A DNA stretch of 64,000 bases from Neophaeotheca triangularis (lineage: Eukaryota), in NCBI GenBank assembly GCA_054600435.1, contig BAAIJX010000008.1, positions 372,001-436,000 on the forward strand, written 5' to 3'. Positions 1-12,115 of the stretch are shown here, piece by piece; the first letter of the stretch is position 1; each line of letters opens with the position of its first letter. The position numbers were made by a program, and so were the translations under genes. The notes under the pieces are model-generated. The model was not told the DNA's origin and made no database searches. It worked only from the letters and a program-made list of their open reading frames with translations.

Positions 1-215
1 CGTGCCAAGATTTGTGAGCTCAGAATGCCTAAGGCATCCACATACATCAAGCAGGCGCGGTCACCGGCTCCTTCACCATATGAACACGCATGTCAACACG
101 TTTTCTAGCTTCACAAAAAGATTTCATTGACGATACTACGAAGAACATTATTCTCTAGCAATCAGCCTTAGCATGACTTTCTGCAGTACAAAGCATCGCA
201 AAACCAAAGATCCCC

Positions 216-1607
216 ATGGATGAACCACTCCTTTGCCCCTTTGCCTGCGGGTATAAGGGCCACGACGCATATGGAATGCAAGAACACATCGAGGTTCATC
301 ACACTGAGGACTCTCCATTCGCTGTGACCGATCCAGCACCGTTACGACCCTCAGAAACCACCGATTACGAAGGAGACTTCACCATGCAAAGAGGTCACCA
401 CAAGGACGAGCCCTGCTTCACCAAGTGTACCCGGCCTGGTTGCGGTGAACACGTTCAACTGTTCGAAATCGATGAGCACCTTGAGATGCATGAAGCCATG
501 CATATGTCTGCGACAGATGAATCGGAACCTTTGTTGCAAGAATCCCGTGCAAGCAGCGCCAAGCGTTCACCGTACCCTCAAGACCAGGCCAGGAAATCAA
601 GCAGGTCGGGACCGATCGCAGGGACTTCTCAGACTCCTGGCTCATTGCTGGATTACTTCAAACGGGGGTCGGACCTGACCAGCATGGCGAACAGAGCCCG
701 CAGTGCAGGTCAAAGTTTGCTTGACAAACAGAAGACGGCTCGTGCTGGCAAGGGTGACTTGGGCCCCTACGCGTACGAAGCAGAAATGCCTGCCAAAGTC
801 ATGACAACGTTACTTGAAGAGTCAAAGCCACGTCCCAAAAACCGCATCGGAAACGGAATGCTTCTGGAGACTTTCCTGCACGTGCCCAACCAGACCCCCG
901 ATCTCATCCCACTCCTCGCAAACCTCTTCTCATCCTCCGAAAACGCCACCGTCACCTACTTGTGCTCACCAGCCGTCTGCCATATCTCACGGATCAAATG
1001 CGAAGGCGAATTCTGCGGCTACTGGAACATCCAAATGGTATGCTCGGGCCTGCGCACCCAACGCCCCGCCAACAACATCGCCGACGTCCCCAACGTCTTC
1101 CAGATCCAAGACGTCGTCGAAGAAGCCTGGAAGCATGGCATCTGCGCCATCGGCAAAACGCAAACCGGCGGTATCCGCAACACGCGAAAGTGGATCGGCT
1201 CGCTCGAAGCCGTCGCTTTCTTCCGCAACACCAACACCCAGGTCGACGCCCTGTCCTTCAAATCCGTCAAAGCCCTGCTCGATCACGTCGAGGCCTACTT
1301 CATGAGCGGTCTCAGCTGTTCCAAGGCAGTCGGCTCTTCCCGTATGACGAAGCTGCCGGCCGTCTACTTCCAGCGTCGTGGCCACTCGATGACGTGCGTA
1401 GGTCTGGAGAGAAAGGTCGACGGCTCGAGGAATTTACTGGTCTTTGATCCTTCGTGGTCGACGACGGAACCGATGAGGAGAATGTTGGCCGGTGGCAACG
1501 TTAGGGTGAAGTCGGAGATCATGCTGAAGCCGTATCGCAAGAGTGAGGAGTCGTTGGGGAAGTGGGCGGAGTTTGAGCTCGTCACGCCTGTTAATCCGAC
1601 GAAGTGA
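216..1607 (+). CDS. ZUP1/ZUFSP (Mug105-like) peptidase C78-type deubiquitinase with N-terminal zinc fingers
   Basis: Intronless 463-aa ORF. Zn-finger-like CPFAC..EHIEVHH and CTRPGC..DEHLEMH. Catalytic motifs FCGYWNIQM (Cys), KWIG, YFQRRGHS (Gln/His) and LVFDP (Asp). Confidence 0.85.
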   Translation: MDEPLLCPFACGYKGHDAYGMQEHIEVHHTEDSPFAVTDPAPLRPSETTDYEGDFTMQRGHHKDEPCFTKCTRPGCGEHVQLFEIDEHLEMHEAMHMSATDESEPLLQESRASSAKRSPYPQDQARKSSRSGPIAGTSQTPGSLLDYFKRGSDLTSMANRARSAGQSLLDKQKTARAGKGDLGPYAYEAEMPAKVMTTLLEESKPRPKNRIGNGMLLETFLHVPNQTPDLIPLLANLFSSSENATVTYLCSPAVCHISRIKCEGEFCGYWNIQMVCSGLRTQRPANNIADVPNVFQIQDVVEEAWKHGICAIGKTQTGGIRNTRKWIGSLEAVAFFRNTNTQVDALSFKSVKALLDHVEAYFMSGLSCSKAVGSSRMTKLPAVYFQRRGHSMTCVGLERKVDGSRNLLVFDPSWSTTEPMRRMLAGGNVRVKSEIMLKPYRKSEESLGKWAEFELVTPVNPTK

Positions 1608-2797
1608 TCTTGCTGGGATCGCGTTGAAAGGGGGAGGGCCGACAAGCAGCGCTAAGCTGGTAGCAGGGACTGCGGTTTCGTGTCCCTGCGTCGATCTCCG
1701 TTGGTCAATTGGGAGAGGCTAGGGTACTGCAAGCCATGCTTTCGTGAAGTACTCTTTCGCGAATTGCGTCGCAGGCCCGAGATGAAGCGCGCCTTTAAGT
1801 CGGACAGATTAGCGCTTAATGAGGATATGACGATAGATCTTTTCAAATTGTACCTCTGCATGCAATGGTCAATGATAGTTCCCTCCAATTGGCTGTTTCC
1901 ATCTCCGCTTAGGTTGATTTCGCGTCTCGATTACAGCTACGAGTAGCATGGAGTAGGCAAATCACCTGCGGCACCACCATGTCTTCGGGGGGTCTAAAGA
2001 AGTTAAGGTGCTTGCATTTGGCTTGTATCTTTACGTCACAAGTTGGCGTATCACTTTCGCAGCGAGACATGACTTACTGACACAACAAGGATTGTCGCCA
2101 CGCTTCTCGAGCGCTATACATACTGCAGTTTTGTTGTGATGGCGCAGTCTCAGGGTACGGGTTTGGGTCATAGCTGCAGGGGAGTGCGCCCTCTACCAAT
2201 ACCTGTACCGTGAATTTGCTGAAAGCGGAGGACGGCGAGCAATGAATGACACGATTTTCTAGCAAAAGGCGCAGCAGTGTTACCGTTGCTATAAACCGTT
2301 GAACCGTGGCAGACAGCGGGTGGTACCGCGAAGCCGCCGGAGAAATACTCAACCCTAGAAACTTCGCCCCCTGCTCGAGCGTGACGCAGCGTGTGGGTGG
2401 TAAAGTGTAGACAGAGGGGGAACGTGGTTCCGTGATATCGACAGTACTTCATGTAGCTGCTCAAACAGAAGAGAGCCACTGTACTAAGCAGGTATCAGAA
2501 CGGTATCAAAGGCAAGCAACAAACACACGACAGAAGACTTACCTCTCGCTTGCAACTTGCCTTCTTTGCGCGACTGCTGCACTTCCGGCGAGAGTAGTTC
2601 TACGTGCTGAATGATAGTCACTAGCAGCAACCACAGCGCAAAAGTGGCAGTCATGATGGTGCGGAAACCGATCCTGTACCCGCCGCGTCTGCGAGCTGGG
2701 CGCGGCCTAAACGGCGTAAGCGGTGGAAATCTACGCGGGATCGCTCATGTCTATCGGAATTGTTTCTATCGGCAATACTGCCCGTTGTTTTGTTTGC

Positions 2798-4021
2798 TCA
2801 CCCTATCCTCAGCGCGCAGGCCGCGATCTCCTCCTTGACGAATTTGTCATTTGGCAAGTACTTCTCGGCGACTCTCAGGAGACGCCTGGCCTCGCTCTTG
2901 TCGTCGACGGCCTTGTAAGCGAGCGCGGTCCGATAGTATATCTTTCCCATGGAAGTTCCTGCAACGAAGCCGTGGACGTACTCGTCATCCGCGCTGAGAT
3001 GAGCATCCTCGGTGAAGCCAATGGCTTGACGTATCGTCTTGATAGTGCGAAGGCCCCAGAACATGCACTCATCATAATCCTCCAATTTGAGGAGAACTTG
3101 GCAGGTATTGGCAACGAGCGCCACTCGCAGGAGCAGGCGTTCAACTTGTGCGTTCTTGCCGACAAATGGCTCCTCGGATAAGGTGTGCTCGAAGAATGCT
3201 TCGGCATGTACGTGTCGCTCGTGTCCGCGGACGACAACGTGCATCGCTTCCCATGCTTGGCTGTAGAGGGACAAAGCCTCGTAGTAGTTGCCAGCCTTCA
3301 AAGCATCGTTTCCTTCGTCCTTGAAGCGGCGACACTCTCGAAGGCAGTGCTCAGGTGACTCGTATGGCTGTGCTTGAAGACTGCGCATCTCTGCCACGAT
3401 TGAGGGGAGGGGTTTGGGGTCGCCTGTGATGCTGACGTCCTGGAGGTTCTTGACCATGCCGAACGGGAGCAAGAGTTGCGTTTGCAAAGACTTGGGCATC
3501 TTCTTTTCCTCGTACTCCGGTGTGAAGGGATCGCAAAGTCTGACGACAAGCCGTAGGTGCTCGTTCAACAGTGGATGCGAGAGCGCAGAATACATCCATA
3601 TCTTGGCAAAGTTCTCGACGTCTTCCGCCAGAATGACAAATCGTTCCATGTAGTCGCCCACCTCTGCATACTCCGGCGCAACAACTTGCACGCTCATGAT
3701 GTGACCGCCGAATTCATCTGCCTTTGACCCTCTCATTATCATTGGGACGTGACCTTCAACAGCCACGTGATCGGCTGCTTGGGGCCAAGGAGTTTCCACC
3801 TTGACGAAGCGGTTGAGATGGCGAAAGACTTTGCGAGATTCATAGTAGATCTGGCGATTGATTCGAAAAAGGACGAGGGCATCCTTGTAGTTGTAGGAGT
3901 AATAATCGTTCTTCAATTGACGTTGGTTGGCGGCCGGGTGAAGGATGAGGCGGTAGATGTGCTCTCGGATCTCTGGAGGGAGAGAGAGTAGCAGACTCGG
4001 TCGCTCTGAGTCTTCGGCCAT
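2798..4021 (-). CDS. Conserved hypothetical protein with F-box-like N-terminus and C-terminal TPR-like helices
   Basis: 407-aa ORF. LLSLPPEIREHIY F-box-like start; FKDEGNDALKAGNYYEALSLYSQA and KIYYRTALAYKA...AEKYLPND are TPR-like segments. Confidence 0.75.
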   Translation of the reverse strand: MAEDSERPSLLLSLPPEIREHIYRLILHPAANQRQLKNDYYSYNYKDALVLFRINRQIYYESRKVFRHLNRFVKVETPWPQAADHVAVEGHVPMIMRGSKADEFGGHIMSVQVVAPEYAEVGDYMERFVILAEDVENFAKIWMYSALSHPLLNEHLRLVVRLCDPFTPEYEEKKMPKSLQTQLLLPFGMVKNLQDVSITGDPKPLPSIVAEMRSLQAQPYESPEHCLRECRRFKDEGNDALKAGNYYEALSLYSQAWEAMHVVVRGHERHVHAEAFFEHTLSEEPFVGKNAQVERLLLRVALVANTCQVLLKLEDYDECMFWGLRTIKTIRQAIGFTEDAHLSADDEYVHGFVAGTSMGKIYYRTALAYKAVDDKSEARRLLRVAEKYLPNDKFVKEEIAACALRIG

Positions 4022-4835
4022 GATATGAAAGAGTCTTGGTGCTGGCAGATGAAGTGCCCAGGTGGACGCCGAGAGTCCTGGTTGGTCTGTCTGAGTGAGG
4101 TGAGCAGCGCGTGAGGTCGGTCAGGTTGCGGTTGAAGTGGTAAGGTAAGGTACCTAAGGTAACTTAGGTAGTGGGCTGTATGTAAGCAGCTTATCAAGAT
4201 GCCGAGGTACCTTAACTTAGCGATCGCGGCTTACCTTAGCTGAGGCTGCCAAGGCCCTCTTTCGCGGGTTCCACTCTCCCATCCTCTTTCAAGCACTACA
4301 CGCCTAACAACCTTGCTTGGAAGGCTTCTTACGTTTAAATATAGGTACTGACAGCGCCCCTAACTTATGATTACTCGATCAACGCGGCGAGACGGACTAC
4401 ACGTCCCTGCGCAGGCAAGAGAGGTTGGGTTAGGCATTGGGACAAGTCCGTGAGATACTACAGCACGACTTATTGCCCTCTTGGACGGGCCTTGGTGCAA
4501 TAATGGGAGCCGTGACTCTTCTCGTGGATAGCAACAAGCTCGATACAATATGATGCCAGCGACTCATCATTGCCGGCGACATTGCCGTGCCAGTATGAGG
4601 GGATCTTATTATATGCTGATGGTGATGCAGGGCATGCTCTCGGTTGCTCTCGCGTCTGCTATGCCGATGCCGAGTCTGGGCGAACTCCAAGGTGCTCCAA
4701 GTGCCGTCTGGATCCCGCAAGGACCGTTGAAAATGATGGTGCATGGTGTAGACAAGCACCTCGTGGCATCCACATCACATCATGGGATGGGGATTGGGGA
4801 GGCGAGGTTGGCGTGGGAAGCTTGAAGCAAAAAAG

Positions 4836-5270
4836 CCCCGCAAAATGTAGAGGTGGAGTCCCGACACCCGGAGGAGGGAGAGCCAAAGTCGAAACGATCG
4901 ACACTGATGCAAGTTGCGTCGATACATTCGCACCGTACAGGTTGACAGGGCATGACCGTGATCCATTTCGATTCTTCATCGTTGAAATGTTCCCAACAAT
5001 AACCGCACGGAGAAACAGCTGATGATCTCCTGTATCGGATCGGCCAGGCAGCACCATTGTTCGTAGAAGAGTTTTGAGCGGCTCAAGCGTGTCGATATGC
5101 TCCAGAAGCTGTCTCGGTGTACAGATGGCCGAGCATCGCAATGGCACATGTGTGGATGCAGGTGAGAAAACTTATAGGCCCAAAACCCCGCAAATGGTGG
5201 AGTTGCGACATCCGAAGCAGGTCCTGGCATGATCACCGTCGCCGTTAGTGGCCAGGCATGTCGATATAAA
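4836..5270 (+). promoter_or_regulatory. Putative GH3 promoter: paired CreA/Mig1-type SYGGRG sites and TATA box
   Basis: CCCCGC at 4836 and 5186 (reverse-strand SYGGRG), GTGGAG at 4853 and 5197, TATAAA at 5265-5270, about 75 bp upstream of the ATG at 5346. Confidence 0.4.
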
Positions 5271-5345
5271 GAATCAAGGCAGGTACCCTACTACGGTAGT
5301 TCAGTCCCTTTACTTCCCAAGAAGATATCAAGTTGAAGTAATACG

Positions 5346-7804
5346 ATGAAGTTGGTTCCTTCCATCAGTGGGGCTTTGCTCCTGGCTTCCAATGCCTACG
5401 CTCAAGGTTACACCAACGAGAGTGAGGTGCCGTTGTACGGACAAAGTCCACCTGTCTACCCTACACGTAGGTGACTTGTCCGAGCCGGAGACCGTAACGT
5501 CTAGCTAACATACCTTAGCTGTGGGTGATGGCGGCCTCGATCCTTCCTGGCAGGCAGCCTACGCCCGCGCCGGCGAGTTGGTCTCTCAAATGACCCTAGA
5601 AGAAAAGGTCAACATGACTTTTGGCCATGACGGTACCTGCGTTGGCAACACTTTCACCATCGAGAGATTGGGCATTCCGCCCTTCTGCCTGGCTGATGCC
5701 CCCGACGGCATCAGAGGGCAAGAATTTGTCTCTGCCTTCCCAGCAGGAGTACACGTCGGAGCCACATTCGACAAGGATCTCATGTACGCTTACGGCAAAG
5801 CTTTGGGCGAAGAGTACCGGGGTAAGGGCATCAACATTGCGCTTCTGCCTGTTGGAGGACCACTCGGAAGAGTGGCCAGGGGCGGCCGTAACTGGGAAGG
5901 TTTCGCCGCAGACCCCTACGCAAGTGGCGTGGGTATGCGTGAGGTCACCAAGGGACTTCAAGACCAAGGTGTCCAGGCTCAGCCCAAACACTGGCTCTTG
6001 AACGAGGAAGAGTACAGGCGTAACCCAGGACCGCAGGGGGAGGCTTTGTCCTCTAACGTCGACGACCGTGAGTGCACTCCATCATGCTGAGTTGGAGCGC
6101 TTGTGCCTAACTTCAACCAGGTACCATCCACGAGCTTTATGCCTTCCCCTTCATGGAATCACTTCATGCCGGGGCCGTGTCGGTCATGTGTAGCTACCAA
6201 CGCGCGAACAATAGCTACGGCTGTCAGAACTCGAAGCTAATGAACGGAATTCTGAAGGGCGAGCTCGGTTTCCAGGGGTAAGCTTGTTCGGTCACGAGGC
6301 TTGCGAAACCGCACAGAAAAATTGACACTTCAGCAGATATGTCACTAGCGATTGGGGAGCAAATCACGCCGGTGTTGCCGCAGCAAACGCTGGGTTGGAC
6401 TTGGTCATGCCAGATGAAGGATATTTTGGTAACAACCTCACCATGGCCGTCAACAACGGCTCCGTCACCGAGACTCGTCTGAACGACATGGCTACCCGTA
6501 TCCTCGCGGCTTACTTCCAGATCAACCAAGACGAGGGAGAGTTTGCCGGGTTTGGCGTCTACCCATACGACGTGGAACACGAGATTATTGACGTTCGTGG
6601 CGACCACGCCAAGCTTATCCGAGAGATTGGCGCCGCTGGCCATGTGCTTGTCAAGAATGTTGACAACGCCCTTCCTCTTAAGAAACCCCGCTACCTCAAT
6701 ATCTTTGGCTACGACGCAAAAACCCCTGACGCTCCATGGGAAAACCCCTCGCGGTTCGGTGGCGGTTACGAGGTCAACTTTGGATGGAACACTCTCAACG
6801 GGACCATGATCACTGGCGGCGGATCCGGCTCCTCTGCACCTCCATATGTGATCTCGCCGTTCCAGGCACTTCAGGAGCGCGTCATCAGCGATGGTGGAAT
6901 TTTGCGCTGGGACTTCACGCTTGAAAACCCTACAGTCTACGCCAACAACGATGCCTGCTTGGTGTTCATTAATGCCTACGCTTCGGAGTCCTTTGACAGA
7001 GTTTCCTTGACGGATGACTTCTCCGACCGTCTCGTCAACAACGTTGCCGCTAATTGCTCCAACACCATAGTTGTCATTCACAGCGCGGGAATTCGTGTGG
7101 TAGACGACTGGATCGAACACCCAAACGTCACGGCCGTCATGTATGGTCTACTTCCCGGACAAGAGAGCGGGCACAGCCTGGTGGACGTTCTATACGGCGA
7201 CGTCTCGCCATCAGGCAGACTGCCGTTCACTGTGGCCAAAGAGGAAGAAGATTACGGCATGCTGCTCAACTCCACCGTCGACGAGGATGCCGCTTTCCCC
7301 CAAGTCGATTTCGACGAAGGTCTGTACATCGACTATCGCCACTTTGACCTGTACAACATCACGCCCCGCTACGAATTTGGCTACGGTCTCAGCTACAGCA
7401 CCTTCGACTACAGCGGTCTTGAAATCAACGCCGTCGAGGACGCGAACATGGCAGAGTACCCCGAGTCTGATGTCGCCATCGCTCAAGGAGGCCACCCAGC
7501 CCTCTGGGAGAACGTCTACAAGGTCTACGTCACAATAACCAACACTGGCGATTGCGAGGCGGCTGAAGTGCCGCAGCTATATTTGGGTATCCCGACTGCG
7601 CCCGCTTGGCAGCTGAGAGGGTTCGAGCGAGTGAAGTTGCAGCCCGGTAAGGAGACGACTGTCTGCTTTGAGCTTACTAGGAGAGACCTCAGTGTTTGGA
7701 ATGTCGTTGCGCAGCAATGGCAGCTGCAGCGCGGTAGCTTTGATGTCATGGTCGGCGCGAGCAGTCGGGATGTCAAGCTTGAGGGCAGCATTGAGATTCG
7801 TTGA
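5346..7804 (+). CDS. Secreted GH3 beta-glucosidase (4 exons: 5346-5466, 5519-6067, 6121-6277, 6337-7804)
   Basis: Signal peptide [35 protein letters not shown], nucleophile motif GYVTSDW (formed on splicing), [22 protein letters not shown] and a C-terminal FnIII-like domain. Three in-frame GT-AG introns. Confidence 0.95.
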
Positions 7805-8574
7805 AGAACCTATTTGGTGGTAAAGTCTTGACGCGAGCGAGCAAGGCTTCTGCTTGAGTAACGAAGCGGGCGGCGACTCAGGGCCTGGAATCAAAGACGT
7901 TGTGCTGTTAATTGAGTAGCTTGTACATAAGATCCAAGCCTTGTTACTTCTAGGAGAGAGAACGTCTGTACACATGACTGCCCTGTGAAACATCACCTAC
8001 GCCTCCCGTACTTAGTCCTGTGGGTAGTCGTCTATCTTGATGCTGCACTTACCATACCCTCTGGTGGGATTAGAGCAATCATCGAACGAAGCCTGTTGGC
8101 AATAACGAATGGCGGAGGGGCAGCTTCATTGCCGCGATGTCAACAAGATCCGACAACCTACCAGTGGTAAGGACGCAAGTATAACAATGGCCGACGTTGC
8201 AATTTGAAGGGAGATGAAAGAAATATGAGAAATCCCGTCTCCCTTAGTAAGTTACCCCGTAACTAGGTAAGTTACCACAGACGTGAAGATAAGGTAACTC
8301 GGTAAGCACCCATCAAGGTTCGAATTGAAGCTCGGACAATCTTCAGCCGATCCCTCCGACGTCACCCCGTGTTAGATCTAGCCCTTACGCCTCCATCACG
8401 AAAGTTTTTGCCTCTGTATTCGCGGCTAGGGAGATTTCGAAGGCGTCGACTTGTTACGACCTTTGAACAGTACATGTTTCCTTCTTGGCAGTATCTAAGA
8501 CGACCCTGAGGCAACGCACAGCACCAACTCGCCTGCAGTAGACCTTCCACGAAGAGCGAACAGCAACACAGGGC

Positions 8575-9975
8575 ATGACGAATTCGAGCGACGTCGACCA
8601 TGTCGAAGGCTTACAGCAGCCGAAGGAGGGAGAGTTGCAGACTACTATGAGACCTTGCAACGATCGACCAACCAGCCTACCGAATCCCCGTCCAGCACCA
8701 CAGAACGGCCCGCTCATCAATCAAGTCTCGAACCAGTGGGTGTACGAGAAAGGCCCAAGCTGCGATGAACACTTGCTGGACCAGGAGGAGCGCGAGTATG
8801 GCTTCTGCGACTTGGAGGATGAGACTAGCATGCCCAATGTCGTCTATCGTAAAACGCTTGGCAACCGCCGCTTTCGGATGGTGGCAGTCTACGTGCTGGC
8901 GATCTTCGCAACACTTTTCTGGGTTTGGAGGACCTTCTGTGCGTCGCCTGTTGGCTTAGTGGGAGGGACGCGTGGCGATAATGCGGACGGCATGTTCGAT
9001 GTTGCGAGGAAACACCATCACTACCGGGGGTACGACCGAATAAGAGACATTGACCCGGCACTGATCCCCGGTGGCAAGGCGGACTCAGAGGGCAAGAGAA
9101 GGCTGATATTTGTCGGAGACATACACGGGTGTAAAGAGGAGCTTCTCAGACTGATGGATAAGATCAACTTCGATTCAAGCAGAGATCACCTCGTGGCCAC
9201 CGGGGATGTGGTTACGAAAGGCCCGGACAACAAAGGCGTCATCGATGAACTGATTAGGCTCGAGGCTGTCAGTGTCCGCGGGAACCACGAAGATAGCATC
9301 CTCGAACTTGCCAGTAAGGATGTCGAGACCACTCAAGAAGAGCCAGCACTCGATATTTCGAACAAACACGCGAAGCTACTCAAGCATCTCAAGAAGCACC
9401 ATCTGAAGTACTTGCAGGAAATGCCCCTGATCTACCGCATACCCGCCCTACCCAAGGCAACTGCTGCGAAACACCAGCGCAAGGAACAAGATGCGCTGCA
9501 GGAAGAGATTCTTGTCGTTCACGCTGGGCTTGTGCCCGCGGTCCCCTTGGAGCTTCAGGATCCGTACTACACCATGAACATGCGCTCCATCAACCACAAG
9601 AGCCATGTCCCCTCCGTCGAGCGTGCACATGGCAGCGGTCCCAAGAAGCCGTGGCGAAAAGTTTGGAACTGGTATAATGACCGACTTCATGAGGGTCGTC
9701 TGATTCAGGACGTGTTGGGGGTCGAGGAGGATAGCCGCTGGCTGAGTGCCCTTGTAGGCAAGTTAGGTGGCTCCGCCGCGCTGAGGCGAAAGGGACCGAA
9801 GCCGAAACCACAAGTCGTGGTGTATGGGCACGATAGTCACGCTGGGCTGCAAATCCATCGGTGGTCGAAGGGCCTCGACAGTGCGTGTGTCGCTGGTGGG
9901 AAATTGACAGCTATGATCCTGGATGCCGAGGGCAAGGTGGAGTTGGAGAGTGTGAAGTGTAAAAATTACAAGTAG
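8575..9975 (+). CDS. Calcineurin-like metallophosphoesterase with one TM helix (Ppn2/YNL217W-like)
   Basis: GDIHG, GDVVTKG, GNHE, VHAG, YGHD and LDSAC motifs; hydrophobic segment MVAVYVLAIFATLFWVW before the catalytic domain. Confidence 0.8.
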   Translation: MTNSSDVDHVEGLQQPKEGELQTTMRPCNDRPTSLPNPRPAPQNGPLINQVSNQWVYEKGPSCDEHLLDQEEREYGFCDLEDETSMPNVVYRKTLGNRRFRMVAVYVLAIFATLFWVWRTFCASPVGLVGGTRGDNADGMFDVARKHHHYRGYDRIRDIDPALIPGGKADSEGKRRLIFVGDIHGCKEELLRLMDKINFDSSRDHLVATGDVVTKGPDNKGVIDELIRLEAVSVRGNHEDSILELASKDVETTQEEPALDISNKHAKLLKHLKKHHLKYLQEMPLIYRIPALPKATAAKHQRKEQDALQEEILVVHAGLVPAVPLELQDPYYTMNMRSINHKSHVPSVERAHGSGPKKPWRKVWNWYNDRLHEGRLIQDVLGVEEDSRWLSALVGKLGGSAALRRKGPKPKPQVVVYGHDSHAGLQIHRWSKGLDSACVAGGKLTAMILDAEGKVELESVKCKNYK

Positions 9976-10756
9976 TGAGACATCACTGCTGGCACGAACT
10001 TGAGCGTTTTAGCGATGGCGTTTGATTGATTGGGATATATGGATATACTGTACTCTTTTTACTTGAAGGTACCGTCGGCGCAATGACAGTGTATCGACTT
10101 TCGAGTGAGTGGATGGGTATTGCCCCACCCCTTCACTTCACTAATCTTTCTCCATTGGCATCCTACATACCCTCTGCAGAATTCGACCAGCCCCCATTTC
10201 ACGACTGCACGGGACGTCATATCAATTATTGGACTCGAGCCTCGGTCATCCATCCTTATCTGAAGTGAAGGATTTTTGGGATACCACTAACGGCTGCTAT
10301 AGCCCTTCGCTCAGATCTAAAACCTTTCATGAGTTGCGTGGATACCCCACAACCACAAATAAGTCAAGATCGGGTTCCATAGCAAAACTTCTTGACCTTG
10401 AACAAGGACTATGGTCGCAGCCAGTCTGAAGGGCAACATCCTCGACCTTGCCCTCATCTTTCACCAACAACAACTTTGCTTGGTTCGTTCTCAACTCGCA
10501 CTCACCATCATCCTACTCTAGTGGCTACCGAGGCTACCAAGGCTCTGGCCCGGCATACGCCGCTCTTCGTGCATGCATACTTCACCACAAAGAGAAGTGA
10601 GCATGTGTCGTCCAATCAAGGGATTGGATCGTTCCGTCACTTATGGCTAAGACATTACCTTGCAGCAGGTTGCAACACCTCTCTTTTGCGTCGAAGCGGT
10701 TTCTTTAACCTGAAGACACCAGGGAATACTTTGGACCTGACCTCTGGTATCATACC

Positions 10757-12115
10757 ATGGCGTCCCGCAAACGCAGCGCTTCCGAAGAGATGTGGGCGAC
10801 TTTTACCAAGAAGGCCAAAACTGAGAAGCACCATGCGGCCAAACCCACCCCTGTAGCTCCAACTCAAGGCGGAACCATCCGCTCTAATGGTTTTACCTTT
10901 GCTGAAGCCAATACCACAACTTCACTCTTCCGCATCAGCGGTACGCAGACCAAAGTCAGCTTCGACAAACTCATCGAAAACCCAAAGCCAGTTGGCCACG
11001 CCTACCTCTGGCCGGCAATTCGGGCAGCGGCAGACTGCACGCCACGTTTCCTGTTCAGAGTGTGGTGCGCTGCTTCTGGAGGGGATGCGAGGCTCAACAC
11101 CCCAACGGCCATCACACCCCATGCCTTCATTCACCCTAACCAAGGCCCGGCCACCATCTTCCACATGTCTCGCAACAAGATCAGCGAGCTTGCTGCTGGC
11201 CACTTCCGCGGCCTAACTGTCAACAGTGTCTTCTCCAGCTGGACCCACTCCCTCGACTTCGTCTTCCCATTCATCATGAACAGGAAGACCAGCGCCTACA
11301 CTTTCCACCTCAGCGTCATCGACACCACGCTTCTGCCCACTCATAACACCATCCTCCACACCCCGCTGATGCAGGTGATATGCGACCAGATCCCCTCCGG
11401 GGCGCACGAGTACCTCGCCTTCGGCACAATCTCACGCGCCCACAAAGCCGTGCCCTTCACCTACCCTAGCCCCGTCAATCGCAGCTACAACGACCAAGTC
11501 GACTTCGCGAAGAAGTTCGGCTCGCACTTCGAGCTCCCCGTCCTCGCCGCTCTCCGGACCGCGCACGTCCTGTCGCACATGGGCCACAACGTCCATCCCG
11601 ACGACTTCCTGCTGGGCTCCCTCGCCATGGAAACAGTCCTCGAGACTCTCAGACACTACGATATCCCGGAAGCATGGTGGGCGGATCCGCTGCTGACCAC
11701 TGACCAAGCCGTCACCAAGTGGGTCAAACAGTATCCCGATGGGTGGGCGTGGATGGAGGCTTTGAAGATTTTGGTGGCGGAGAGTAAGGAGCGAGCGGCG
11801 GAGGAAAGACGGCAGCGCGAATTGAAGGAGCAAGAGGAGGAGGGGCGGCTGGCTCTGAAGAGGTATCTGGCAGATCGTAAGGAGCGAGCGGCGAGGGAAA
11901 GACGGCTGCGCGAATTTGAGGAGGGAGAGGAGGAGGGGCGGCTGGCTCTGAAGAGGTATTTCCCAGAGAATGAGAAACGCGCGAGTGAGATGATGCGGCA
12001 GCGCGAATTGGCGAGGGAGCCAGCGGCAGAGGAGGGGCGGCTGGCTTTGGTTAGGAAGGAGCTGGACAGAATTCCTAGGATGCTGAGGGAGCTGAAGATT
12101 GAGATGAATTACTAG
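10757..12115 (+). CDS. Fungal uncharacterised protein (DUF7587-like), putative ADP-ribosyltransferase-like fold; paralogue 1
   Basis: 452-aa ORF. TPRFLFR..SGGD..LNT, VFSSWTHS, LSVIDT and HEYLAFG; basic N-terminus RKRSAS; repetitive charged C-terminus. The CDS is confident; the fold is inference. Confidence 0.75.
   Translation: MASRKRSASEEMWATFTKKAKTEKHHAAKPTPVAPTQGGTIRSNGFTFAEANTTTSLFRISGTQTKVSFDKLIENPKPVGHAYLWPAIRAAADCTPRFLFRVWCAASGGDARLNTPTAITPHAFIHPNQGPATIFHMSRNKISELAAGHFRGLTVNSVFSSWTHSLDFVFPFIMNRKTSAYTFHLSVIDTTLLPTHNTILHTPLMQVICDQIPSGAHEYLAFGTISRAHKAVPFTYPSPVNRSYNDQVDFAKKFGSHFELPVLAALRTAHVLSHMGHNVHPDDFLLGSLAMETVLETLRHYDIPEAWWADPLLTTDQAVTKWVKQYPDGWAWMEALKILVAESKERAAEERRQRELKEQEEEGRLALKRYLADRKERAARERRLREFEEGEEEGRLALKRYFPENEKRASEMMRQRELAREPAAEEGRLALVRKELDRIPRMLRELKIEMNY
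11785..12058 (+). repeat. Three ~93-bp (31-aa) intragenic tandem repeats
   Basis: taaggagcgagcggcg... at 11785 and 11878, with a third degenerate unit from ~11971; each encodes ...EEGRLAL. Confidence 0.85.

Noticed and set aside
1007..1040. ZUP1 motif variants (CGYWN rather than CGYRN; QRRGHS)
   Set aside because: Catalytic Cys, His, Asp and the oxyanion Gln are all retained, so there is no basis for claiming altered function.
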